Part shown: in pieces, positions 28,834 to 37,852 of the stretch | Position numbering within the stretch: position 1 is the first letter of the stretch | How the letters are laid out: the number at the start of each line of letters is the position of its first letter | Source: a virus | Lineage: Duplodnaviria > Heunggongvirae > Uroviricota > Caudoviricetes | Strand: one strand, 5' to 3' | Length of the DNA stretch: 64,000 bases | IMG/VR virus record: IMGVR_UViG_3300035670_007376 | Location: 18,905-82,904 of that record | Program-made: the position numbers and the translations under genes | The notes under the pieces: generated by a model | The model's input: only the letters and a program-made list of their open reading frames with translations | Databases searched by the model: none | What the model was told of the DNA's origin: nothing

Positions 28834-28862
28834 AAAGGGACTCAATTGAGTCCCTTTTTTAT
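28834..28862. terminator. bidirectional rho-independent terminator shared by convergent genes
   Basis: Perfect palindrome AAAGGGACTCAA|TTGAGTCCCTTT followed by TTTTTT on + and a T-rich tract on -. The minus-gene stop codon lies within the stem. Confidence 0.8.
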
Positions 28863-29957
28863 TTCTATTAACATGTTACCAATTTGATACTCACCGGGTT
28901 CATAATAGGGAATAGACAAACGAAGCTTATGAAGATTTATTATATCTTCATTTGTAAACGGCTCTACTTCTATTATAACGACATCTACCGTATCTGTAAG
29001 GGTAAATTTAGACCTTAAATCATAACGTGTATTCTTTTGTTCGTTGTTAATGTAATCCTCAGGAATCTCACCTAAATCGATTTTATCAAAAAATGGTTCA
29101 ACATCAAATAATTTATTTTTACTACGAGTTTTCAATCCCATTGTAAATGTTTTATATGTAAAAACCGAGTCATCCCAATAATGTAATTCATTAAATGCGT
29201 GTATTGGTACACCCCATTTACGAACAAAGTTTCGATTTGATGATAATTCTATTTTTAATCTATCATTTTTATAATCATCACCAAATCGTGATGTCTGCGA
29301 AACAAAATGATAGGTTATAGCGGAATCACATGTTTTCAATTCGTATCCTTTTAGTTTCGCACGAATTAAAAAATCATCATCCTCACAAAATAGTGGTGCA
29401 AATGTAAAACCATCAAAATAACCCACATCCTCAAATAATTTTTTATATCCACTCATAAAAAATACCGCACCATTATATAGTTTGTCACTTTCTTTTTGTT
29501 GATTCACATAGTTGTTAAAATCATTATAATTAAAATCTCCAAATCCCGAACCTAAATCCATTATAACTTTACCAGGTCTTTTATGACCTGCAAAAATTGG
29601 AGGTTCGATTGTGGTATAAGACAATAACATATTCGGTTCCAACAACCTTTCAATAGACTCTAAAAATCCCTCACCAATAACCATATCGTTATGGATAAGA
29701 ACTAATTTTTCAGTATCAACTAATTTAATTGCGGTGTTATATGTGTCAGAAAATGTTAACCTATCATCATCATGAAATATTGTTAAATAATCGTCAGTTT
29801 CTGACATCTCCATTAACCACTCTTTTGTTCCGTCACTTGAACCACCACTACTAATAACAAACGGAACTTCTGGATACAATTCCCTCACCCGACGATAACA
29901 ATTTTTAGTTAAATCTAACTTGTTTAAAACTGCCAAAACAAATGAAATATTTCTCAT
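28842..29957 (-). CDS. GT2-family glycosyltransferase
   Basis: ISFVLAVLNKLDLTKNCYRRVRELYPEVPFVISSGGSSDGTKEWL matches the GT2 N-terminus. Confidence 0.55.
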   Translation of the reverse strand: MRNISFVLAVLNKLDLTKNCYRRVRELYPEVPFVISSGGSSDGTKEWLMEMSETDDYLTIFHDDDRLTFSDTYNTAIKLVDTEKLVLIHNDMVIGEGFLESIERLLEPNMLLSYTTIEPPIFAGHKRPGKVIMDLGSGFGDFNYNDFNNYVNQQKESDKLYNGAVFFMSGYKKLFEDVGYFDGFTFAPLFCEDDDFLIRAKLKGYELKTCDSAITYHFVSQTSRFGDDYKNDRLKIELSSNRNFVRKWGVPIHAFNELHYWDDSVFTYKTFTMGLKTRSKNKLFDVEPFFDKIDLGEIPEDYINNEQKNTRYDLRSKFTLTDTVDVVIIEVEPFTNEDIINLHKLRLSIPYYEPGEYQIGNMLIEIKKGLN

Positions 29958-30517
29958 CTTAATGAATTGTATATCGATAAAACTTTATCGATAAATTTTT
30001 TATTTTGTGACTTATCATAACACTCAATTGCAAAATAACCGTCAGCTTCATATGTTGGTAACATCCATCTCGATTCACCAATAATATCAACAGACACTAA
30101 AAAATTATGACTATCTATTTTTTGTAATTTAACTTGGTCCCCTTTTAACCTTATTATGCCGTTTTTTAATGATTGTTTAAAATGTATAAAATCATTATCT
30201 AAATTTTTAACATTTTCCCAGAAATCTTTGTGCATCGAAGTATCATCATCATTAAAATAAACATACCCTTCTTTCACTAAATCTAATGCGTAATTTCTTT
30301 GGGAATTACCAAATTTACTTTTACTATTTCTATGTAAATACGTTTCACAATTTTCAGGTATAAGTTCTTTTTCGGGTAACTCATCTAAATCAAATACAAC
30401 AATCCATCGATAATTTTCTTTAGGAATGTTAATACTTTCACTTATTTTATGTAGATTTTTCGGTCTACTACACGGGGTTATAATATTGATATACATGTTT
30501 AAACTCTTTTTATCCAA
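29954..30517 (-). CDS. GT-A-fold glycosyltransferase-like protein
   Basis: MYINIITPCSRPKNLHKISESI...WIVVFD resembles the GT2/GT-A N-terminal core. Confidence 0.4.
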   Translation of the reverse strand: MDKKSLNMYINIITPCSRPKNLHKISESINIPKENYRWIVVFDLDELPEKELIPENCETYLHRNSKSKFGNSQRNYALDLVKEGYVYFNDDDTSMHKDFWENVKNLDNDFIHFKQSLKNGIIRLKGDQVKLQKIDSHNFLVSVDIIGESRWMLPTYEADGYFAIECYDKSQNKKFIDKVLSIYNSLR

Positions 30518-31044
30518 CTGGTGTCTTTGAAAATTTTATCTGGACCACCTAACTCCTCATGAACAACTTTAATAACACCCTCCCAATTTTTGTGGTAATC
30601 GTGACCACCAATAAACCCTGAGTTTGGTATCAATTTAATATAATTTTTTAAATCTTTTTTTACTTGTTCGTATGTGTGTAATCCGTCTATGTAAATAAAA
30701 TCAAACGTTTCATTTTGTAACTCTAAAAAAGCATCATCCGAAGTCTTTCTTATGTGTTTAATATTTTTTAATTCATTAATTTTTAAAACGAATAATTCAT
30801 ACACATTATCGAAGTCCATATAACTGCAGGCTGGGTCATCTAAATCGTAATCATTTAAAAATGGGTCAATAGATAAAACACTTTTAAAATGTTTTGAAAA
30901 TATTTCAGTGGACTCACCAGCATATGAACCAATCTCAATCATACACATATTTTTTGTGTCGGAATATTGGTTAATATAATCAATTAAATCCATAAGACCA
31001 TCACTATATATTTGGTCTCTCATTTTATATAATAAATTTTTCAT
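30499..31044 (-). CDS. class I SAM-dependent O-methyltransferase (TylF/MycF-like)
   Basis: MIEIGSYAGESTEIFSKHFKSVLSIDP. Confidence 0.5.
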   Translation of the reverse strand: MKNLLYKMRDQIYSDGLMDLIDYINQYSDTKNMCMIEIGSYAGESTEIFSKHFKSVLSIDPFLNDYDLDDPACSYMDFDNVYELFVLKINELKNIKHIRKTSDDAFLELQNETFDFIYIDGLHTYEQVKKDLKNYIKLIPNSGFIGGHDYHKNWEGVIKVVHEELGGPDKIFKDTSWIKRV

Positions 31045-31046
31045 AA

Positions 31047-31628
31047 CTAATTGTGAACGTAAAGAGGTTTTTCAATGTATCTAATACTTCCATTAGGAAA
31101 TCTTTTCAAGTACTCCTCAACAAATAAACCATCACCATATACTTTTGTGATATCTATTTTCATTTGTTGACCAAATTCTCTTCTAACCATAAAATTACCG
31201 ATGTCGATTCTACCGATATGTGGTGCACATTTTATAAGATGGTATTGATACTGTGTCCAATTGTGTACCATATCACAATAAACAAAATGTACATTATTAG
31301 GTGAACCAGCATTTAAAAAATGGTCAACAAAAACAGGTGTGTAGTAATTATCATCACCACTCATAACAACCCATTCTTCGGTTGCATTTTCTAATCCGTA
31401 ATTTCTTGGAGTGTGACCCCAATCATTGTGTCTTTTTTCTAATGTTGTAAATTTAATCCTCTCATCACCCCCAAAATATTTTACAACTTTATCATAACCT
31501 TCTTCTTGTGGACCATCAGCAATAACATGTATTTTCCATTTATCACTTCTTTGTGAATAGATGGAATTTATTACACACATTAAATTATTTGGTCTGTTAT
31601 ATGTTGGAATGATAAACTCTATTTTCAT
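31047..31628 (-). CDS. GT2-family glycosyltransferase
   Basis: MKIEFIIPTYNRPNNLMCVINSIYSQRSDKWKIHVIADG. Confidence 0.7.
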   Translation of the reverse strand: MKIEFIIPTYNRPNNLMCVINSIYSQRSDKWKIHVIADGPQEEGYDKVVKYFGGDERIKFTTLEKRHNDWGHTPRNYGLENATEEWVVMSGDDNYYTPVFVDHFLNAGSPNNVHFVYCDMVHNWTQYQYHLIKCAPHIGRIDIGNFMVRREFGQQMKIDITKVYGDGLFVEEYLKRFPNGSIRYIEKPLYVHN

Positions 31629-31639
31629 AATTTTAAACT

Positions 31640-31873
31640 TTAATAAGAATGTGTGTCTTTTATGTCTTTAGGTAATTTCCACCCTTTTTTAATACTTCTT
31701 AATCCAAGACAGGTTGTTAGGAAAAAGAATTGGAATAACCATAACCCTGTTACCCAACCACCTTTTTGCATCTCATCATAAAAATACAAAGCAAAACCAT
31801 TAAGGTAAATGATTAAAGATAAAAAGGTAATAATTTGTTCATTATTTTTCCAAAAATTAATAATATTTTTCAT
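31640..31873 (-). CDS. small membrane protein
   Basis: 77 aa with two hydrophobic segments. Confidence 0.4.
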   Translation of the reverse strand: MKNIINFWKNNEQIITFLSLIIYLNGFALYFYDEMQKGGWVTGLWLFQFFFLTTCLGLRSIKKGWKLPKDIKDTHSY

Positions 31874-31876
31874 AAT

Positions 31877-32869
31877 TTATTTTTTCCAAAAACTATATAT
31901 TCCTTTATCTAATTCGTATGAATCCCATACGAATCTCTCTCTTTTTGGTTGAGTCTTTGCCCATTCCCACATTTTAGTTAGTCCATCATGTAATGATGTT
32001 TTATCTGAATAACCTAACAACTCAACAGACTTTTGCCAAGTCGGATAAGCGTTTTTAACCTCATGACGTTGTTCTTTATAAACAACATCTGAACCCGATA
32101 TAACATCTCTTAAAACTTTATTGGCTTCGTTAATTGTGTAATGTTTAGTTCCACCTAAATTTATAATCTCTTTAGAACATTCAGGTAGGTATGATGATTT
32201 CCATAACCCCTCTAAACAATCGTCAATATAACTAAAAGCTCTTTTTTGTTCACCATCACCAAAAATTGTCATCGGTTCCCCGTTCATATGTTGATACATC
32301 CAAATACCCAATACGTTTCGATACTTGTCCCAAATGTTTTGTTTTATACCGTATACGTTGTGTGGTCGAATGATACACCAATCTAAACCGTGTTGTTCAC
32401 CGGCAACTCTAATGTCCATTTCACAACCATATTTTGCAATACCATACGGGTCAATTGGTGCTGGTAGTTGAGACTCATCAAAGATATCACCATTACCGTG
32501 ACCATAAACCGCCATTGTTGATGTAAAGATTAATCTTTTAACGTCATGTTTAATACATTGATTGATTACTCTCGCAGTTGCCACTAAATTATTTTGATAA
32601 TTGTAACTCCTAATAAATGGTGATAAACCTTCTGCAGCGTAAGCTGCCATATGATAGACATAATCAAATTTATTCACCTCAAAACAATTCTCAATTGGAT
32701 GGGTAACTAAATTCATTTGCCAAAACTCTACTTTAGGGTGGACATTTTCTTTATAACCACCACTTAAATCATCAATACCCACAACGTGTACGTCAGGATA
32801 ATTCTCAATAATATAATCTGCTAGTCTTGAGCCTAAAAGACCCGCAACACCTGTAATTAAAATCTTCAT
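31877..32869 (-). CDS. NAD-dependent sugar epimerase/dehydratase (extended SDR)
   Basis: MKILITGVAGLLGSRLADYI (GxxGxxG), YGIAKYGCE (YxxxK), HNVYG. Confidence 0.8.
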   Translation of the reverse strand: MKILITGVAGLLGSRLADYIIENYPDVHVVGIDDLSGGYKENVHPKVEFWQMNLVTHPIENCFEVNKFDYVYHMAAYAAEGLSPFIRSYNYQNNLVATARVINQCIKHDVKRLIFTSTMAVYGHGNGDIFDESQLPAPIDPYGIAKYGCEMDIRVAGEQHGLDWCIIRPHNVYGIKQNIWDKYRNVLGIWMYQHMNGEPMTIFGDGEQKRAFSYIDDCLEGLWKSSYLPECSKEIINLGGTKHYTINEANKVLRDVISGSDVVYKEQRHEVKNAYPTWQKSVELLGYSDKTSLHDGLTKMWEWAKTQPKRERFVWDSYELDKGIYSFWKK

Positions 32870-33513
32870 ATTGTATTATAAAATTTATTTTGTTTTTCTT
32901 GTTTAGTTATTGTTTTATGATGTTGGATACAATAAACTTCATCGTAAGGTAATGTTGAAAATATCTGTCCACCAACAATTCGTTCGTGTACTTTACCATA
33001 CCAACTCATCCCCTTTCTATAAATTCGACCTTGGTAGTCAGGAAAATTAATCCATCCTTTTTCGTTGACTTTCCAATTCCAATTTTTAATATGTGACTCA
33101 GTGATACCATTAACAGTATTAATCCTTGGAACAAAAATTAAATCAACCTTAGGGTTCATTAGTAGTATTTCGTGTAGATTCCCAATCATATACTCATCGA
33201 CCATTTCATCCGCATCTATTTGATAGATGTAATCTCCCGTACAATATTCACTAAGTTTATTTTTCCAATCTGCGAAATTATTGTTCCACCAAAGACCTCT
33301 CCATGTTTGAACGTTTGGTTTGATATTAAATGGTAATAGATATTCTAAAACTTCAGAACTACCATTTTTTTCATCATATAAAATGACAATTTCATCTTCA
33401 ATTCTTTTATGTTCTAAAAGAAATGGGAGTAATTTTTTTATCTCCTCTAATTCGTTACATACTGTTATAGCAAAACTTATTTTCATAATGTTTCTCTTCC
33501 GATATTCATCCAA
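32866..33513 (-). CDS. GT2-like glycosyltransferase
   Basis: MKISFAITVCNELEEIKKLLPFLLEH...EIVILYDEKNGSSEVLEYL, with DADE further on. Confidence 0.5.
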   Translation of the reverse strand: MDEYRKRNIMKISFAITVCNELEEIKKLLPFLLEHKRIEDEIVILYDEKNGSSEVLEYLLPFNIKPNVQTWRGLWWNNNFADWKNKLSEYCTGDYIYQIDADEMVDEYMIGNLHEILLMNPKVDLIFVPRINTVNGITESHIKNWNWKVNEKGWINFPDYQGRIYRKGMSWYGKVHERIVGGQIFSTLPYDEVYCIQHHKTITKQEKQNKFYNTI

Positions 33514-33758
33514 CGCCCTAAGTAATCAGCACGTTCTTGTAAATCGTTTAATTGTGCTCCGCCGTTTATTCTTCTCGTTATCCTATTTAAAATATCGTTA
33601 TCGATTGTTCTTGCAATTTCTTCAGACATTATTCTGGTTAATTCGGACTCAGCATCAATTGTCTCCGTAAGATTCGAATCTTGAGCAATTTGTGGTGACC
33701 AAACCACCGTCATTTGGTTATTACTAATACCACGAAAAAATTTAAAATTTCTAACCAT
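33483..33758 (-). CDS. small protein with N-terminal FKFFRG motif (tandem paralog)
   Basis: MVRNFKFFRGISNNQMT... The track start at 33776 is a TTG. The ATG at 33758 directly follows the upstream stop. Confidence 0.45.
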   Translation of the reverse strand: MVRNFKFFRGISNNQMTVVWSPQIAQDSNLTETIDAESELTRIMSEEIARTIDNDILNRITRRINGGAQLNDLQERADYLGRWMNIGRETL

Positions 33759-34011
33759 CTTGTCTCCCCCTAGCAAATATTTTAAATGTTCTGTTGTTAT
33801 GATTAAATGTAATGTTACCGTCCGTAGTTGGTGCGACAGTAATTGTTAAGTTCTCAGTACCCGTACCAAAAACAACCGGTTCATCATCATCAAATTGAAA
33901 ACAATATTCATTGTTAAGATTTTGTTGTTGAGGTCTTAGTGATAAAACCTGCGTTGGTTCCAATCTTAAAAAATAATTATTTTCATTGCCTCTCAGAAAC
34001 TTAAAGTCCAT
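33751..34011 (-). CDS. small protein with N-terminal FKFLRG motif (tandem paralog)
   Basis: MDFKFLRGNENNYF... The ATG overlaps the upstream stop as TAATG. Confidence 0.45.
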   Translation of the reverse strand: MDFKFLRGNENNYFLRLEPTQVLSLRPQQQNLNNEYCFQFDDDEPVVFGTGTENLTITVAPTTDGNITFNHNNRTFKIFARGRQDG

Positions 34012-35267
34012 TACTTAATTTTTGTTAATTTCGGAAGAACTAATTTTTGTTCTTTTGGTTTATTTAAAAAGGGATTTAAAATTATCTTAAATGATTCCGT
34101 CATTTTATCTAAGGTATATTTCTCAGAGTTAATCTCTCTTAATTTTTCCGACCTATTTTTAAAATCTTCATAATCTCTTTTAACTATTTTCATAACCTCA
34201 ACAAATTCATTGTAATTGGCTGTGAACCATTTAGAACCTTTAATGATAAAATTATCAATCACACTATCATGTACTTCAGTAAGTTTACCACCAATCATAA
34301 CCGCCTTGTCCATTGGTAAAAAGTCCTTATGACCTGACCAGTTAGATGCAATTATCGGTTTACCGGTCATTGAAAATTCTAATAACGGTCTACCAAACCC
34401 TTCACCTTTAGTTATTGATACCATTGATTTAACTTTTGGATGATTATACAAATCATTCATTTCATTATCAGTCAAATCACCAAACAATAAGTAAATTGAT
34501 GGAGGAGTTTGTGTAACACTATAAGAGATTGTCTCAATTTTTTTTCTTAATTCCTCTCTTTGTTTTACTGAGAAATGTGCTGATGATGTTTTAAGTATTA
34601 AACCTGGTTTGTCCACCTCATCTTTAAATGATTCAACAAAACATTTTATTAACATCCCAACATCCTTTCTATCTTGACCCATATCACCTTTTAACCAATG
34701 ACCAACAAAAAGATAGTTAAAATCTTCCTTTAAACCTAATTCTAGGTCGTTATATTTGTTATTAAAAATATTCGTATCAACACCTTCAAACAAAACTTCT
34801 ACAGGTTTTTCTATTCTATGTTGTTTAACTAATTTACCCGTAGTCTTTTCATTTTCATTATAAACGGTTTGTAATAGAACATCTTTCGAAAAATTAGATG
34901 TTGTGATTACCAAATCCATTCTATTACACCCATCAATCCAATCTTTTGGAGCTATTGTCGTTTCGATACCGGCAGTTATTCCAATATTAAACTTACCCAT
35001 TCTTTGAAATTCATTTGGTACGGTGACTTGAACGTAAATGTCAGGTTGTTTTGGTATTAACCCTGTAACGATATTCCGCTCAATCCATTGATGGAACGGA
35101 TTTCCATTTTCCAATGCCGTTGTTGGTGTGGACCCCCATGGGCAACTATCGATATTAATATCAAATAAGTCCATTTTATATAATGACTCTAACAAATCTC
35201 TTGAATGACCACCATATCCACTTCTTGTTTTCACTGGTCCTCTAAATAATAAAAATGGTTTACTCAT
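34011..35267 (-). CDS. GT4-family (GT-B) glycosyltransferase
   Basis: GEGFGRPLLEFSMTGKPIIASNWSGHKDFL is the GT4 EX7E region. Confidence 0.7.
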   Translation of the reverse strand: MSKPFLLFRGPVKTRSGYGGHSRDLLESLYKMDLFDINIDSCPWGSTPTTALENGNPFHQWIERNIVTGLIPKQPDIYVQVTVPNEFQRMGKFNIGITAGIETTIAPKDWIDGCNRMDLVITTSNFSKDVLLQTVYNENEKTTGKLVKQHRIEKPVEVLFEGVDTNIFNNKYNDLELGLKEDFNYLFVGHWLKGDMGQDRKDVGMLIKCFVESFKDEVDKPGLILKTSSAHFSVKQREELRKKIETISYSVTQTPPSIYLLFGDLTDNEMNDLYNHPKVKSMVSITKGEGFGRPLLEFSMTGKPIIASNWSGHKDFLPMDKAVMIGGKLTEVHDSVIDNFIIKGSKWFTANYNEFVEVMKIVKRDYEDFKNRSEKLREINSEKYTLDKMTESFKIILNPFLNKPKEQKLVLPKLTKIK

Positions 35268-36625
35268 ATTATTTTATATAAATTAAATCTCTTCTTCGGT
35301 TTAAAGTTTTTTATTGAATTCTCAATACCCTCAACCATTTTATTACACATAATTTCACTCGATAGATTTTCTAACATGAATTCTCTACCTAATAAACCTT
35401 TTTCTTTTCTTTTCTCTTTACCAAACTCATACATTTCATAAATTGCCTTAGCAACATCATCATGGTTAACCTTGTCTTCATAAATGTATGGTGTTGCGGG
35501 TGAACCATTTAAAGTATTTGTCAAAGACCAAACAGGTACAACCCATTCACCTTCTTGTGTTAAATGCATTGACTTACTTTTATTATGTAATGACCCAATT
35601 GTTATGTAATCTTCAGCTGAAAAGTTAAAACCACATTGGTCTTGTAATCCACCTGTTACGTTAACAATTATTGGTGTACCCGACATTAACGATTCTGCGG
35701 TAGTTAATCCGAATCCTTCGTTGCTAGCAATATTAATAGTACAATCAACAGAGTTATAAATTTCATTTAATTTAGGTTGCTCAAACTTATTATTGGTGAT
35801 TTTAACATCGTACTCAACACATAAATTGTTAATGACTTCCGGTAAGTCTGTACCGTTATTATCAATTGCTGCTGTGTGCATTAATAAAAGACATTTACTT
35901 GATTGTTCTTTTGTTAATTTATCACAAAACAACTTATAAGAAAGAATCACATCACTAGTCTGTTTTCTCCTTATGTTTCTATTATTATAGAAAATAACAA
36001 AATCATATTCTTTATCACCATGAATCATCTTAGTGATATCATTTGAAACCGATTCCAACGGTTTAAAAATGTTAGAATTAATTCCATGTGGAACGTAACT
36101 TATCTGCCAATCTTTTAATGGTTCGTAAGTTGATTTGTCATCTAACTTTCCTACACGATTAACAATACCATATGTTTGTTTAGAAATACAACCAATCCAA
36201 TCACAACTCTCATAAAAATCTCTATTATATTTTGGGTCTGGTAGGTTATCCCATATGTGGTAATATAAGATTGGTACTTGTTGTCTAATTTCGTGTTCAT
36301 TGTCATATAACCATTGCCAATAATGTGGGTCGGTAAAATGTAGAATGGCGTCAGGTTTTTCTTCCTTAATTAATTTACGTAATGTTTGGATGTCACCATA
36401 ACCATTATTCGGAATCACTTTAACCTTAGCATCCTTCACCCCCGTTCTTTTAGATATATCCTCATCCAAGCTAATGATTGTACCAAATTCAGGATGTTTA
36501 ATCGCCGCACCTAATTGGACCCAATCAAACTTATCAACAGTACCCATGACAATCTCTCTAGACATCGTTGATATACCTGATGTCATTCTTAAATCATCTG
36601 ATAAAAGTAATATCTTTTTTTTCAT
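35264..36625 (-). CDS. GT4-family (GT-B) glycosyltransferase
   Basis: NEGFGLTTAESLMSGTPIIVNVTGGLQDQ. Confidence 0.7.
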   Translation of the reverse strand: MKKKILLLSDDLRMTSGISTMSREIVMGTVDKFDWVQLGAAIKHPEFGTIISLDEDISKRTGVKDAKVKVIPNNGYGDIQTLRKLIKEEKPDAILHFTDPHYWQWLYDNEHEIRQQVPILYYHIWDNLPDPKYNRDFYESCDWIGCISKQTYGIVNRVGKLDDKSTYEPLKDWQISYVPHGINSNIFKPLESVSNDITKMIHGDKEYDFVIFYNNRNIRRKQTSDVILSYKLFCDKLTKEQSSKCLLLMHTAAIDNNGTDLPEVINNLCVEYDVKITNNKFEQPKLNEIYNSVDCTINIASNEGFGLTTAESLMSGTPIIVNVTGGLQDQCGFNFSAEDYITIGSLHNKSKSMHLTQEGEWVVPVWSLTNTLNGSPATPYIYEDKVNHDDVAKAIYEMYEFGKEKRKEKGLLGREFMLENLSSEIMCNKMVEGIENSIKNFKPKKRFNLYKII

Positions 36626-36628
36626 TAA

Positions 36629-36826
36629 TTAAAACTTTGAACCACTCGATGCTAAACCATTATGATTATCAATCATATTCCTATAGTTTTCGTCTTTATT
36701 GTATAAGTCTAATGACCTATTAACCAATTTTTGTAAATTGATTGAACCTTCGATTGACTTAACTTTAAATTTTCTATAAACATCATCTAAAATGTTTACA
36801 CTCGTTAATTTTGTTTCTGCTTTCAT
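36629..36826 (-). CDS. small hypothetical protein, first gene of the minus-strand operon
   Basis: 65-aa ORF separated by 3 nt from the next gene. Confidence 0.4.
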   Translation of the reverse strand: MKAETKLTSVNILDDVYRKFKVKSIEGSINLQKLVNRSLDLYNKDENYRNMIDNHNGLASSGSKF

Positions 36827-36863
36827 ATTAATATATATATCCTTATATATAATATACCTAAAA

Positions 36864-36885
36864 AATATCGGACATGTCCGATATT
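36864..36885. promoter_or_regulatory. perfect 22-bp palindrome AATATCGGACA|TGTCCGATATT, a candidate operator or minus-strand terminator
   Basis: Verified by reverse complement. A third CCGATAT half-site lies at 36889..36895. On the minus strand it is followed by UUUUUU. Confidence 0.6.
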
Positions 36886-36897
36886 ATGCCCGATATA

Positions 36898-37071
36898 TTA
36901 CAATAAATCTTTATTGATTTGATTAATTCTGTCAACTATTTTATCAACAATCACTTTTTGTGATTCGGTTAGAGTTTGACTATTCGTTTCGGCCACAGTT
37001 GTGTTAATAGTTTGAGGGGTACTAACATTTGTAGGTTGAACTGGTTTCTTTTTTTTACATCCACATGCCAT
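36898..37071 (-). CDS. unannotated small ORF (57 aa, MACGCKKKKPVQP...), below the track cutoff
   Basis: ATG at 37071..37069, TAA at 36900..36898, translated by hand. The palindrome lies immediately downstream. Confidence 0.3.
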   Translation of the reverse strand: MACGCKKKKPVQPTNVSTPQTINTTVAETNSQTLTESQKVIVDKIVDRINQINKDLL

Positions 37072-37156
37072 AATGTTCTTTTTTTATAAATATTTTGGTT
37101 TATTAATTTTTATTTCTTATCTTTTTAAAAAGTAACAAAAACTAAACAAAAAATCA

Positions 37157-37852
37157 ATGGAAAAAGGATTCAAACCCGTAAAAAGTGTTTACACCTCGAA
37201 TTACGATGCCATCACCAATATAATGGGTCTTTACAATATTGAACAGTTCGATTTGGATTGTACATATTCTAAAGGAAATTTTTGGAAGGATTTACCAAGT
37301 CCAAAACATAAATCAGATTTATTTCCTGTCAACGAAACTGTGATTGAGGCTGACTCAGAAAATTTACCGTTTGAGGATGGTTCAATGAAAAGTATAATGT
37401 ACGACCCCCCGTTCGTGGTTGCTGGTTCATCCTATAGAAAAAACAAAGAAGGAAGTTCGATAATTGCAAAAAGATTTGAAGGTTATACTTCTTATAACGA
37501 TTTAAAAGTCAATTATTTTAATACATTAAAAGAATTATACCGTATCTGTGAAAAGGGTGGGTTTGTTGTGATGAAATGCCAAGACACCGTATCCGGTGGT
37601 AAAAATCACTTCACACATTGTTTAATTATGAATATGGCCGCTGAGATTGGTTTTTATCCAAGAGACCTATTTGTTCTCACTTCAAATGTTAGAATTAATA
37701 GTTTTGGTACAAAGTGGACAAAACAAGAACACGCTAGAAAATACCATTCTTATTTTTGGGTTTTTGAAAAAGTTAAACCAAAAGTTAAATATGACTTTAC
37801 AAATGTAATTACGGTTGAACAGGATTTTGAGGTGACCCAAGATATAGATTAA
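37157..37852 (+). CDS. beta-class DNA N-methyltransferase (N6-A/N4-C, DPPF motif)
   Basis: FPVNETVIEADSENLPFEDGSMKSIMYDPPF has the beta-class order (target domain then motif IV DPPF). Confidence 0.55.
   Translation: MEKGFKPVKSVYTSNYDAITNIMGLYNIEQFDLDCTYSKGNFWKDLPSPKHKSDLFPVNETVIEADSENLPFEDGSMKSIMYDPPFVVAGSSYRKNKEGSSIIAKRFEGYTSYNDLKVNYFNTLKELYRICEKGGFVVMKCQDTVSGGKNHFTHCLIMNMAAEIGFYPRDLFVLTSNVRINSFGTKWTKQEHARKYHSYFWVFEKVKPKVKYDFTNVITVEQDFEVTQDID

Noticed and set aside
33320-33670. + strand 116-aa ORF
   Set aside because: Antisense to well-supported minus-strand GT2 and small genes. Hydrophobic low-complexity translation.
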